This document shows, piece after piece, positions 55,005 through 64,000 of a stretch of 64,000 bases of DNA. The translations under genes were made by a program, and so were the position numbers. The DNA is from Candidatus Sulfomarinibacteraceae bacterium (GTDB lineage Bacteria > Acidobacteriota > Thermoanaerobaculia > Thermoanaerobaculales > Sulfomarinibacteraceae): the NCBI GenBank assembly GCA_963796455.1, contig CAWCLO010000002.1:1-64000 (forward strand), read 5' to 3'. The notes beneath the pieces were generated by a model. That model did no database searches, was not told the DNA's origin, and saw only the letters and a list, made by a program, of their open reading frames with translations. Each line of letters starts with the position of its first letter. Positions within the stretch are counted from its first letter, which is position 1.

Positions 55005-56300
55005 ATGATCGAGCACGACCGACGCGAGTTCATGGGACGCATGCTGACAGGAGTTGCCGGGTCGATGATGGCGTTTTCCTCCGGATCAAGGGAAGCCACG
55101 GCTGGGGAGTTGGCCGCCGCCCACCCGGAGGATTCCGGATACTGGAAGCTCGTCCAGCGCCAGTTCCGATTCGAACCCGGACTGCTGTATTTCAACAACG
55201 CCTCACTGGGGCCGTCGCCCGCCCTGGTGGCTGACGCGACCGAGGCCTTTCGGCGCAAGCTCGACGCTTTTCCGTCACGATATATGTGGGGTGGTTGGAC
55301 CGACGAGAAAGAGGCGGTGCGTTCGAAGGCTGCCGCGCTGCTCGGTGCCTCAGCAGAAGAAATTGCGCTCATCCACAACACCACCGAAGGCATGAATGTG
55401 GTCGCTGCGTCGATGGATCTTGAGGCCGGCGACGAGGTCATCATTGCGGACCATGAGCACTGGTCGGGAACGATCCCCTGGCAGTACTGGCAGGAGCCGA
55501 AGGGCGTGCGCCTAGTCAGGCCGACCCTGCCGATTCTCCCGTCATCACCGGAGGAGATCGTCGATGTCTACCGACGGGCGATCACCGAAAAGACCAGGGT
55601 CATCTCGATGTGCCACGTCGTCAATACCAACGGCATGATCCTGCCAGTCAAGGCGGTGTCGGAGATGGCTCGGAAACGAGGCATCCTGGTCGCCGTTGAC
55701 GGCGCTCAGGCTCCGGGCATGATCGACGTCGACCTCAACGACCTGGGGTGCGATTTCTACGCCGCCTCGTCGCACAAGTGGCTGTTTTCACCAAAGGGTG
55801 TCGGTGTTTTTTATGTCCGGCAGGCGTCGCAGCCGCTGCTCCGGCCGCTGATTGTCGCCCATGGCTGGGACGATCCTTCGATCCGTCGCTTCGAAAACTA
55901 CAACACCCGCAATCTGCCCGAGGTGCTCGGCCTCGGCGCGGCCTTCGATTTTCAGAATCTGATCGGCCCGGACCGAAGAGCTGGACGGATCCTCGAGCTC
56001 AAGAAATACTTCAGGGACCGCATCGAGGAAAAACCCTCGTTTCGGATCAAGACCCCGTCGAACGACGATCTCTCGGCCGGCATCACGACGGTGGAGGTGG
56101 TGGGGCGGGACGTCAAGGCCGTGGCCGAGGCCCTCTTCGATGGCCATCGCATCGACTGCCGGCCCATGAGCACCCACAGTCTCAACGGGGTGCGGATCTC
56201 GCTCTCGGTCTTCAATACCGAAGACCAGATCGACGTGCTGATCGGCGCTCTTCGGGAGATCGCCAGCGAACCGCGGCCGAAGGGCGTGCCCCTCGAGTGA
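55005..56300 (+). CDS. Class V PLP-dependent enzyme (cysteine desulfurase / isopenicillin-N epimerase-like) with Tat-like signal
   Basis: DRREFMG; YFNNASLGP; NTTEG; VDGAQ; SSHKW (PLP Lys). Confidence 0.88.
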   Translation: MIEHDRREFMGRMLTGVAGSMMAFSSGSREATAGELAAAHPEDSGYWKLVQRQFRFEPGLLYFNNASLGPSPALVADATEAFRRKLDAFPSRYMWGGWTDEKEAVRSKAAALLGASAEEIALIHNTTEGMNVVAASMDLEAGDEVIIADHEHWSGTIPWQYWQEPKGVRLVRPTLPILPSSPEEIVDVYRRAITEKTRVISMCHVVNTNGMILPVKAVSEMARKRGILVAVDGAQAPGMIDVDLNDLGCDFYAASSHKWLFSPKGVGVFYVRQASQPLLRPLIVAHGWDDPSIRRFENYNTRNLPEVLGLGAAFDFQNLIGPDRRAGRILELKKYFRDRIEEKPSFRIKTPSNDDLSAGITTVEVVGRDVKAVAEALFDGHRIDCRPMSTHSLNGVRISLSVFNTEDQIDVLIGALREIASEPRPKGVPLE

Positions 56301-56387
56301 GATTTCCTCCGCTCAGGAGGACCGAAAGCTTGGCGTCTTTCCCGGTGAGGGTCCGTCGAATGGGTGATCTGTTGATACCCTGGTTGC

Positions 56388-56801
56388 ATGGAGAAACCCG
56401 TCAAAGGATTCCGTGAGGTGGAGCACACCGCCGATTGGGAACTCGAGGTGTGGGCGGAGGATCTGGCCGGTCTACTCGAGGAGGCGGCTCGCGGGATGTA
56501 CGAGTTGATGGGGGTCGGTGTCTCAGAAGACGATCGCTGCCACCGCCGGCTCGAGCTCGCCGCCGCCGACCACGAAGGGCTGTTGGTTTCCTTTCTCGGT
56601 GAGTTGCTCCATCTCCTCGACTCCGAGGGGATCGCCTTTGATGGTTTCCTGGTATCGGCTCATGGGGACCGGTTGGATGCGCGGCTCGAGGGCGGCACGG
56701 TGACCGAGCGCGGCAAGGAGATCAAGGCGGTGACCTTTCACCGCCTGACCGTCCGGGACACCGGCTACGGCTTCGAGACCAGAGTGGTCTTCGATGTCTG
56801 A
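56388..56801 (+). CDS. Archease
   Basis: EHTADW; IKAVTFH; VVFDV C-terminus. Overlaps rtcB. Confidence 0.93.
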   Translation: MEKPVKGFREVEHTADWELEVWAEDLAGLLEEAARGMYELMGVGVSEDDRCHRRLELAAADHEGLLVSFLGELLHLLDSEGIAFDGFLVSAHGDRLDARLEGGTVTERGKEIKAVTFHRLTVRDTGYGFETRVVFDV

Positions 56802-58251
56802 GATCCACCTGCGGGATCTCAAAAGGCTGTCGAAATACGAATGGGAGATCCCGCAATCCCTTCGATCCGATATGAGGGTGCCGGTGCGGCTCTTTGCATC
56901 GGCCGAGTTGATAAAGGCCATCGGCGGCGATGCCTCGTTGGAACAAGCGATCAACGCCGCCACCCTGCCTGGAGTGGTGGGCGAGGTGCTGGTGATGCCC
57001 GATGTGCACCAGGGTTATGGATTCCCCATCGGTGGGGTGGCCGCGACCGAGCTTCCCTCCGGTGTCATCTCACCCGGCGCCATCGGCTATGACATCAACT
57101 GTGGCGTTCGATTGCTGGCGTCGCGGGTGGAGTTGGGTGAGGCGCAGCCGGTGATGAATGATCTGGCGTCGGCCCTCGACGCTGCCTGCCCGAGTGGCGT
57201 CGGCAAGGGCGGCATACTGCGACTGGACGATCGCGATCTCGAACGCGCCTGTCGCGAAGGCGGGGTCTGGGCGCACCGCGAAGGCTATGGCACCGAGTCG
57301 GACACCGCGAGGACCGAGGAGGGCGGCTTCATCGAAGGCGCCGATTTCTCAGCGGTGAGTCAGCGGGCTCGGCAGCGCGGCAAACCCCAGATGGGAACCC
57401 TTGGCGCTGGCAACCACTTCATCGAGGTGGAGGTGGTGGACGAGGTCTTTGACTCCGAGGCGGCTCGAGTCATGGGTCTGACCGAGGGCTGTCTCACGGT
57501 GATGATCCACTGCGGTTCGCGTGGTTTCGGCCACCAGGTCTGTACCGACTATGTGAGATCTTTCCAGGGCGCGGTCAAGAAGTACGGAATTCGATTGCCT
57601 GACCGCGAGCTGGTCTGTGCGCCTCTCGACTCCCCGGAGGGTATGGCTTACGAGGGCGCCATGAAGGCCGCTGCCAACTATGCCTTTGGTAACCGCCAGG
57701 TGTTGGCTCACTTTGCCAGGGAGGCCTTTACCGAAGTTCTCCGCGGGCGATCGGCGAACCCGTACCTCCATCAGGTCTACGACATCGCCCACAACATGGG
57801 CAAGACCGAGGAACATGTCATCGACGGTAAAAAACGCCGGGTGTGCGTGCACCGGAAAGGCGCCACCCGCGCTTTCGGTCCGGGCTTCGAGGACCTGCCG
57901 CCAGAGTATCGAGCGATCGGTCAACCGGTGCTGGTCCCGGGGTCGATGGGCACCGCCTCGTGGGTCCTCGTTGGCACGGAGCAGGGCGCCGGGAGTGCGC
58001 TCGCCAGTTGCTGCCACGGCGCAGGGCGAACCATGAGTCGCCGCCAGGCCAAGCGGTCGATCCGCGGTTCCGAACTCCGGCAGGAGCTCGAGGAGCGGGG
58101 CATCACCGTTCGTTCTGGCTCCCTGCCCGGTCTGGCCGAAGAGGCGCCTCGGGCCTACAAAGATGTGGATGCCGTTGTGGATGTCGTCGCCGGAGCCGGC
58201 ATCGCCAGAAAGGTCGCTCGCCTCGTTCCGGTGGCGGTGATCAAGGGCTGA
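56794..58251 (+). CDS. rtcB: RNA ligase RtcB
   Basis: [58 protein letters not shown]. Confidence 0.96.
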   Translation: MSEIHLRDLKRLSKYEWEIPQSLRSDMRVPVRLFASAELIKAIGGDASLEQAINAATLPGVVGEVLVMPDVHQGYGFPIGGVAATELPSGVISPGAIGYDINCGVRLLASRVELGEAQPVMNDLASALDAACPSGVGKGGILRLDDRDLERACREGGVWAHREGYGTESDTARTEEGGFIEGADFSAVSQRARQRGKPQMGTLGAGNHFIEVEVVDEVFDSEAARVMGLTEGCLTVMIHCGSRGFGHQVCTDYVRSFQGAVKKYGIRLPDRELVCAPLDSPEGMAYEGAMKAAANYAFGNRQVLAHFAREAFTEVLRGRSANPYLHQVYDIAHNMGKTEEHVIDGKKRRVCVHRKGATRAFGPGFEDLPPEYRAIGQPVLVPGSMGTASWVLVGTEQGAGSALASCCHGAGRTMSRRQAKRSIRGSELRQELEERGITVRSGSLPGLAEEAPRAYKDVDAVVDVVAGAGIARKVARLVPVAVIKG

Positions 58252-58361
58252 GCACCGATTCCGGTCCGGGAAGGGATCTCCGGCTTCTTCCCGACTCCAC
58301 CGCGATCCGAATCGACCGGGCATCAGACCCGGTCGCGCCTGGCGCGGGTTTCGTTGATTGT

Positions 58362-58377
58362 TTGAATGGTTGTTCAA
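58362..58377. promoter_or_regulatory. Candidate ArsR/SmtB-family metal-sensor operator
   Basis: TTGAA-TGGTTG-TTCAA (TGAA-N6-TTCA core) in an AT-rich patch upstream of the heavy-metal RND operon. Confidence 0.6.
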
Positions 58378-58450
58378 TCATCGTCTTAAGCTATTTTTTT
58401 ATGATGACTTAGGCATGGCATACTGAGCGCCGGTGAAGGGAAGGTGACGC

Positions 58451-59737
58451 GTGGTCAAATGCATGACGATCGCCGTTTCGGTGTTTTTCCTCTGTGCGGG
58501 TGTCGCAGCCGGCCAGGAGCCCACCGGCGTGGAGCAACGGGTTGAGTCCGTCCAGCTGGCGGCGGTTGCCTCGTCGCCGGCCCTCCGGGCCCGGCTCCAC
58601 GCAGCAGCCTTCAGAGGGGCGGAGGCGAGGTCGGAGGCGGCAGCCATCAACCCCTACGTGGAATGGCAGAGTGAGGGCCTGGGATCGGATCGCACGCTCA
58701 ACGCCCAGGACGCACTCCGCATCGGCACCCCGTTCAACTTTTTCGGCCAGATGGGCCCGGCCCGCGAGCTCGCCAGGAAGGGTGAAGAGAGCGTGGCGGT
58801 GATCCAGCGAACTGCCGTCCGTGCCACTGCCGTCGAGGCGGTGGATCGTTGGCTCGATCTCGCGGCCGCGGTGAAGCGGCTCGAAGTCAGGAAGGCACGG
58901 TTGGAGCGTCTCGATACCGCGCTCGCGCTCCTTGAGGCCCGCCACCAACTGGGAGAGGTCGCCGGCACCGAAGTCGCCCAACTCGACCTCGAGCACACCA
59001 ATGCCTCGTTGCTGGTTGCGATGACGGCAGCCGAGGTCGAGGTGCTGCGGCAGGCGGTTGCTGAATTGTGTGGTCCCTCTTTCCCGGCCCCCCGGCCGGG
59101 CGATCTCGAGGCGCTTGCTGCGCTTTCGCGCACGCCCGGTGCGAGCGATATCCACGAACAGGCGTTGGCGGTCGGAGTGCCGATGCAAAACGCCGAAACC
59201 GAGGCTGAGATCGAGCAGGCGAGGGCCCGGATGGCGGCGGCCGCGGCGTGGGGGCGGCCGACAATCGAGGCAGAGTGGGAACACTTCCCCGACATCGGCC
59301 CGGTACCCGGATATGACGCCTGGGGATTCCGCTTTTCGGTTCCTTTGCCGCTGGGGAGCGTGGGTGCCCGAAACCGGGCTGCCGCGCGGGAACGGGCGGC
59401 GGAAGCGAATGCTTCGAGACAGGCTGCGGCCCGCGGAACCTTGCGTCGCGCCGAAGCTGCGTTGGCGGTGGCCGAGGGGGCCGAGTCACGTCTCACGACC
59501 CTGGCCTCGTCGGTCGAATCGCTGCCCCGCATCGAAGAGTCGCTCTTTGCTCAGTTTCGTTTGGGGGTGCTCACCCATCTGGAGTACATCTACGGCACGG
59601 TCCGGCACGACGAGTTGTTGTTGACCGCGATCGATGCCCACAATGACCTCCTCTCGGCCCGGTTGCACCTGAGCTATCTGCTGGACGACCCGTCGATCTT
59701 CCCCACCGCGGCGTCTGAAATGGAGGATGAATCATGA
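58451..59737 (+). CDS. Outer-membrane efflux factor (CzcC/TolC family)
   Basis: Signal peptide, two helical OEP repeats (ARHQLGEV; FSVPLPL; QFRLG). First gene of the RND operon. Confidence 0.8.
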   Translation: MVKCMTIAVSVFFLCAGVAAGQEPTGVEQRVESVQLAAVASSPALRARLHAAAFRGAEARSEAAAINPYVEWQSEGLGSDRTLNAQDALRIGTPFNFFGQMGPARELARKGEESVAVIQRTAVRATAVEAVDRWLDLAAAVKRLEVRKARLERLDTALALLEARHQLGEVAGTEVAQLDLEHTNASLLVAMTAAEVEVLRQAVAELCGPSFPAPRPGDLEALAALSRTPGASDIHEQALAVGVPMQNAETEAEIEQARARMAAAAAWGRPTIEAEWEHFPDIGPVPGYDAWGFRFSVPLPLGSVGARNRAAARERAAEANASRQAAARGTLRRAEAALAVAEGAESRLTTLASSVESLPRIEESLFAQFRLGVLTHLEYIYGTVRHDELLLTAIDAHNDLLSARLHLSYLLDDPSIFPTAASEMEDES

Positions 59738-60846
59738 TTCGTTTGCTGGGAACCTGCGTGCTCGCGCTGGCTGCACCCGTGGCCGACGCCACCGATGTTG
59801 TGCAACTGACCGCCGAACAGCGGAGCCGGGCCGGGGTCGAGGTGGCTGCCGTCAGCACCGAGGATTTCGGAAGTCGCCTGCGGGCTGTGGGTATGGTCGT
59901 GAGGTCTCCGGGTTCGACCCTGGTCCTCAAGACGATCGCCGGGGGTCGCGTGGAGTCGCTCGAGGTGGCGCCCGGCGAACGGGTTGAGCGCGGCGACCCG
60001 GTGGCGACTCTGCACTCCCATGAGATGTTGACGATGCAGAGCGAGCTGCTGCTGTCCTTCGACAGGACCAGGCTATCCGAACAGCGCCTCGAGGCCGCCC
60101 GTGAGTTGCTTGCGATCGAGGGTATCAGCCGGATCGAGCTCGAGCGGCGGGAGCAGGAGCTGCTGTCGGCAAAGCTCCGTTACAACACGCTGCGCGAGGA
60201 GCTTCTCGACCACGGCCTTCCGGTAGGCAGCCTCGAACGGGTTCTCGAGACCCAGAGCCTCGATCCCCACCTCCCGGTGAACTCGCCGATCGACGGCGTG
60301 GTGCTCGAGGTCTCGGTGCAGGAACAAGAGTGGGTCCAACCTTACGAACCGTTGATGGTGGTGGGCGACCCGGCCCGAATCGAGCTCGAGCTGCAGCTCG
60401 CCCCAGAGCAGGCTGAGTCGGTCGCGGTCGGCGACCCGGTGGAGTTTGCACCGGTTGGCAGGGCTTCGGAAACGCGGCGTGCGACGGTCATCACCCGGGT
60501 GCCGCAGATTGATCCGGCAACGCGGACCGTCCGCATCAGGGCCAGCATCGAAGAAGGTGCCTGGTCCTTTTTCCCGGGCACCTTTGTCGATGCGACGGTC
60601 AGTCATGGCGCGGCCAGAAAATCGCTTGCGGTGCCGAAATCGGCGGTGATCAGCCTGGGCGGCGGTGACGTGGTGTTCGTGGTTTCCGGCCCCGACGAGT
60701 TTACCGCTCGGTCCGTCGAATTGGGTCAAGGCGACGGCCGGCGTTACGAGGTTGTGAGGGGGCTGGTCGCCGGGGAGGAAATCGCCGTGGCGGGTGTTTT
60801 TCTGTTGAAATCCGCACTGGTCAACTCCGAGGGCGGGGAGAGCTGA
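59734..60846 (+). CDS. RND periplasmic adaptor (CzcB-like)
   Basis: GGRVESLEVAPGERVERG; SPIDGVV; IDPATRT; VPKSAV; G.FLLKS. Confidence 0.92.
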   Translation: MIRLLGTCVLALAAPVADATDVVQLTAEQRSRAGVEVAAVSTEDFGSRLRAVGMVVRSPGSTLVLKTIAGGRVESLEVAPGERVERGDPVATLHSHEMLTMQSELLLSFDRTRLSEQRLEAARELLAIEGISRIELERREQELLSAKLRYNTLREELLDHGLPVGSLERVLETQSLDPHLPVNSPIDGVVLEVSVQEQEWVQPYEPLMVVGDPARIELELQLAPEQAESVAVGDPVEFAPVGRASETRRATVITRVPQIDPATRTVRIRASIEEGAWSFFPGTFVDATVSHGAARKSLAVPKSAVISLGGGDVVFVVSGPDEFTARSVELGQGDGRRYEVVRGLVAGEEIAVAGVFLLKSALVNSEGGES

Positions 60847-60847
60847 G

Positions 60848-63800
60848 ATGCGCAATCTTGTCGAGCTCTCACTGAACCACCGTCTGGTGGTGGTTCTGTT
60901 GGCGGTGCTTCTGATCGCGGCAGGGTGGGTGTCGTTCCGTGCGCTGCCAATCGATGCCTTTCCCGACGTAACCAACATCCAGGTGACGGTGATCTCGCAG
61001 GCGGCCACCCTTTCGCCCCTGGAGATCGAACAGCTCGTGACCTACCCCATCGAGCAGGCGTGCACCGGTTTGCCGCACTCGACCGAGGTGCGCTCCCTCT
61101 CCAAGTTCGGCCTCTCCATGGTTACCATCGTATTCGAGGACGGTACCGACATCTACTTCGCCCGCCAGCTGGTTCTGGAGCGGATTTTTTCGGTCCAGGG
61201 CGATCTTCCCGAGGGCGCCAGCAGCGGTCTCGGGCCGATCTCCACCGGTCTCGGTGAGGTCTTCCAGTACACCCTCGAGAGCCCCGATCGCGATCTCATG
61301 GAGCTGCGGTCGTTCCAGGATTGGGTCCTGCGACCGATCCTCCGCACCGTACCGGGAGTCGCTGGTGTCGATAGTTTCGGTGGCTATGTCCGGCAGTTTC
61401 ACGTAGTGGCAGAACCCACGGCTCTGCGCCAGTACGGGCTCGCGCTCGAGGAACTCGCGGCAGCCGTCGCCGCCAACAACGACGTTGCGGGCGGGGCCTT
61501 CGTTGAACGCGGCGGCGAACAGTTCGTGGTCCGGGGTGATGGTTGGGCGCGGGATGGTGAAGACCTCGAAAACACCGTGGTTGCCTATCGCGACAAAGTC
61601 CCGGTCCTGCTCCGCCATGTGGCCGCCGTGGAACTCGCGCCCGAGATCCGGCAGGGGGCCATCAGCCGCGACGGGCGCGGAGAAACCGTCGCCGGGATCG
61701 TGCTCATGCTGCGTGGCGGGTCGGGTCGTGACGTGGTCGCCGGGGTTCGCGAGAAACTCGAACTGGCTCGGCAGTCGCTACCGCCCGATATCGAGATCGT
61801 GCCCTTTTACGACCGCAACGAATTGGTGACGACCGCCCTCGGGACGGTGCGCGGGGCGCTTGTCCAGGGCGCTGTCCTGGTGCTGTTGGTGTTGCTCTTC
61901 TTCATGGGCCATCTGAGGTCGGCCGTTCTGGTGGCACTGCAGCTGCCGATGGCGGCCCTCGCCACCTTCCTCGTGATGGGCTTCTTCGACATGTCGCTCA
62001 ACCTGATGACGCTCTCCGGTCTGGCCATCGCCATCGGTATGCTCGGAGACGGGGCGATCGTCCTGGTGGAAAACGCGGTCCGTTTGTTGGCCCGCCCGCA
62101 GGCTGCTGAAAGCCCGCGGTGCGGTTTGATGTGCCAGGCGGCCACCGAGGTCGCGCGGCCGGTGACCTTCGGAGTGTCGGTGATCATCGTGGTGTTCATC
62201 CCCATCGCGGCGCTGCAGGGGATCGAGGGCAAGATGTTCGCGCCTTTGGCCTACACCATCGGCATCGCCCTCGGTTGTTCGCTGCTGCTCACCATGACCG
62301 TCATCCCGGTGCTGGCGTCGTTGATTCTCAAACCGGTGCCGGTCTTTGGCGGGGGCAGGATCCCGCACCCCGCGGATGTGGTGCGGAAGATGTACCGGCC
62401 CCACCTTCGGTGGGCGCTCACCCACCCCTGGGCCGTGCTCGGAGCTGCCGCCGGGCTGCTGGCGGTCGCGGCGGCACTTGTGCCGACACTGGGAACCGAA
62501 TTTCTGCCGACCATGGACGAGGGCTCGATCGTCGTCCAACCCTTCCAGATTCCCTCGGTCTCCCTCGAACAGTCGCTGCAGACGGTGGCCCTGATCGAGG
62601 CGACCATCATGGAGCTGCCTGAGGTCCGCCATGTCGTCAGCCGTACCGGCCGCTCCGACATTTCCACCGATCCCATGGGCGTCGGCGAGAGCGACACCTA
62701 CGTGCTGTTGGCGCCGCGGTCCGAGTGGACGACCGCCCGTACCAAGGATGGTCTGGTGGCCGCCATCCGGGAACGGCTCGCCACGATCCCGGGAGTCGAG
62801 TTCGGCTACACCCAACCCATCCAGATGCGAGTGGATGAGCTGCTGTCGGGGGTCAAGTCCCAGATCGCGGTCAAGATTTTCGGCGACGAGCTCCATGAGC
62901 TGGCGCGGGTGGGCGAGGAAGCCGCGGCGATTCTTTCCGGCATTCGTGGTGCCGCGGACATCAAGGTTGAAGCCATCGAGGGGCTGGGCTATCTGCAGAT
63001 CGATATGGATCGGCGGCGGATGGCGAGAATGGGGGTAAGCGTCTCCCAGGTGCGGGATTTGATCGAAACCGCCATCGGCGGCCGGGTCGTCACCACCATG
63101 CCGGAGGGAGACCGGCGGACCGACGTCGTGGTGAGGTTGCCGCGGTCCTTCACCGCCGAGGTGAAAAACCTGCACGAGCTGCCCCTTTCGACGCCGACCG
63201 GTGAACGCGTGACCCTTCGTGAAGTGGCCGACATCGGGGTCGTCGAGGGACCGGCACAGATCTCACGCGAAGACGGCAAGCGGCGCGTGGTGGTGGAACT
63301 CAACGTGATCGATCGCGACATCGGCGGTTTTGTCGAGGAGGCGCAGCAAAAATTGTTGGAAGAGCTGCGCCTACCCACCGGCTATTTCGTCACCTGGGGC
63401 GGCCAGTTCGAGCAACAGCAACGGGCGATGGCTCGTCTGCGGCTGATGGTGCCGGTGGTCCTGGTGCTGATCTTCATTCTGCTCTACCTCAATTTCAGAG
63501 ACACGCGGCCGGTCTTCCTGATTCTGGTCAACATCCCCTTGGCGCTGGTCGGTGGGGTCTTCGGGCTCAAGATCTTCGGTCTGTATCTGTCGGTGTCGGC
63601 GTCGGTCGGCTTCATCGCACTCTTCGGGATCGCGGTTCTCAACGGTTTGGTGATGGTGGAGTTTTTCCGCAATCTCGAAGCGGAGGGCCGGCCGCGGCTC
63701 GACGCGGTGCTCGAAGGCGCAGAGCTCAGACTGCGTCCGGTGTTGATGACGGCCGCGACGACCGCACTCGGGCTGGTGCCCATGGTCTGGGCGAGCGGGG

Positions 63801-63928
63801 TCGGTTCGGAGGTTCAGCGGCCCTTGGCCGTGGTGGTCGTGTTCGGGGTCATGACCTCGACCATGTTGACACTGATGGTTTTGCCGGTGCTGTATTTGAA
63901 GTTCGGTGGGGGTGCCGACGCCACCTGA
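60848..63928 (+). CDS. Heavy-metal efflux RND transporter (CzcA/CusA family)
   Basis: LPIDAFPDVTNIQV; DIYFARQ; GPISTGLGE; DGAIVLVEN; GIEGKMFAPLA; RLRPVLMTA; GSEVQRPLA. Confidence 0.96.
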   Translation: MRNLVELSLNHRLVVVLLAVLLIAAGWVSFRALPIDAFPDVTNIQVTVISQAATLSPLEIEQLVTYPIEQACTGLPHSTEVRSLSKFGLSMVTIVFEDGTDIYFARQLVLERIFSVQGDLPEGASSGLGPISTGLGEVFQYTLESPDRDLMELRSFQDWVLRPILRTVPGVAGVDSFGGYVRQFHVVAEPTALRQYGLALEELAAAVAANNDVAGGAFVERGGEQFVVRGDGWARDGEDLENTVVAYRDKVPVLLRHVAAVELAPEIRQGAISRDGRGETVAGIVLMLRGGSGRDVVAGVREKLELARQSLPPDIEIVPFYDRNELVTTALGTVRGALVQGAVLVLLVLLFFMGHLRSAVLVALQLPMAALATFLVMGFFDMSLNLMTLSGLAIAIGMLGDGAIVLVENAVRLLARPQAAESPRCGLMCQAATEVARPVTFGVSVIIVVFIPIAALQGIEGKMFAPLAYTIGIALGCSLLLTMTVIPVLASLILKPVPVFGGGRIPHPADVVRKMYRPHLRWALTHPWAVLGAAAGLLAVAAALVPTLGTEFLPTMDEGSIVVQPFQIPSVSLEQSLQTVALIEATIMELPEVRHVVSRTGRSDISTDPMGVGESDTYVLLAPRSEWTTARTKDGLVAAIRERLATIPGVEFGYTQPIQMRVDELLSGVKSQIAVKIFGDELHELARVGEEAAAILSGIRGAADIKVEAIEGLGYLQIDMDRRRMARMGVSVSQVRDLIETAIGGRVVTTMPEGDRRTDVVVRLPRSFTAEVKNLHELPLSTPTGERVTLREVADIGVVEGPAQISREDGKRRVVVELNVIDRDIGGFVEEAQQKLLEELRLPTGYFVTWGGQFEQQQRAMARLRLMVPVVLVLIFILLYLNFRDTRPVFLILVNIPLALVGGVFGLKIFGLYLSVSASVGFIALFGIAVLNGLVMVEFFRNLEAEGRPRLDAVLEGAELRLRPVLMTAATTALGLVPMVWASGVGSEVQRPLAVVVVFGVMTSTMLTLMVLPVLYLKFGGGADAT

Positions 63929-63949
63929 CAACGGTGGCGGAACCCGAAG

Positions 63950-63978
63950 ATCTGCCTTCATCTGCGTGATCTGCGGTT
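63950..63978 (-). repeat. Copy of the CGCAGAT-family dispersed repeat
   Basis: ATCTGCCTTCATCTGCGTGATCTGCGGTT, just downstream of the czcA-like stop. Confidence 0.8.
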
Positions 63979-64000
63979 TTTCCGGATGGGCTAGACCGTA

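Overview
This is a high-GC bacterial window. Gene content and repeat style suggest Acidobacteriota, possibly Thermoanaerobaculia-like; this is inference, not verified. From left to right: (1) 0-14.3 kb is a sulfatase-associated region with an arylsulfatase tail, a broken outer-membrane gene, AsmA, MscS, a full arylsulfatase, two tandem beta-barrel paralogs, a PPIase and a HupE/UreJ-like protein. (2) 14.5-22.4 kb is a TetR-led bacterial microcompartment operon of the sugar-phosphate-utilisation type (rpiB, deoC, acylating aldehyde dehydrogenase, 1 BMC-H, 2 BMC-T, 3 BMC-P), followed by Tat-exported DUF362 and DUF6599-like genes. (3) 22.6-42.8 kb is the most interesting part, a probable RiPP system. 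It has a radical SAM/SPASM enzyme, an unannotated 54-aa precursor (YxxP leader, 3-Cys core, C-terminal Ser), a PqqD/RRE protein and an HPr-kinase-like P-loop protein. These lie directly downstream of two tandem ~2,900-aa secreted adhesin-like proteins that end in a gingipain-type C25 peptidase, and a near-consensus sigma-54 promoter precedes the proximal one. (4) 43-64 kb holds a Spy/CpxP-like gene, a repeat-rich intergenic region, an SDR plus FeS-BCP photolyase, an AttEFGH-like ABC system, a glycosyltransferase, DUF523/1722, a Tat-signal class V PLP enzyme, archease-rtcB and a czcCBA-like efflux operon with a TGAA-N6-TTCA operator. Several single-base frameshifts, very dense at 34-42 kb, may be long-read errors. 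All calls come from motif recognition by eye; no searches were run.
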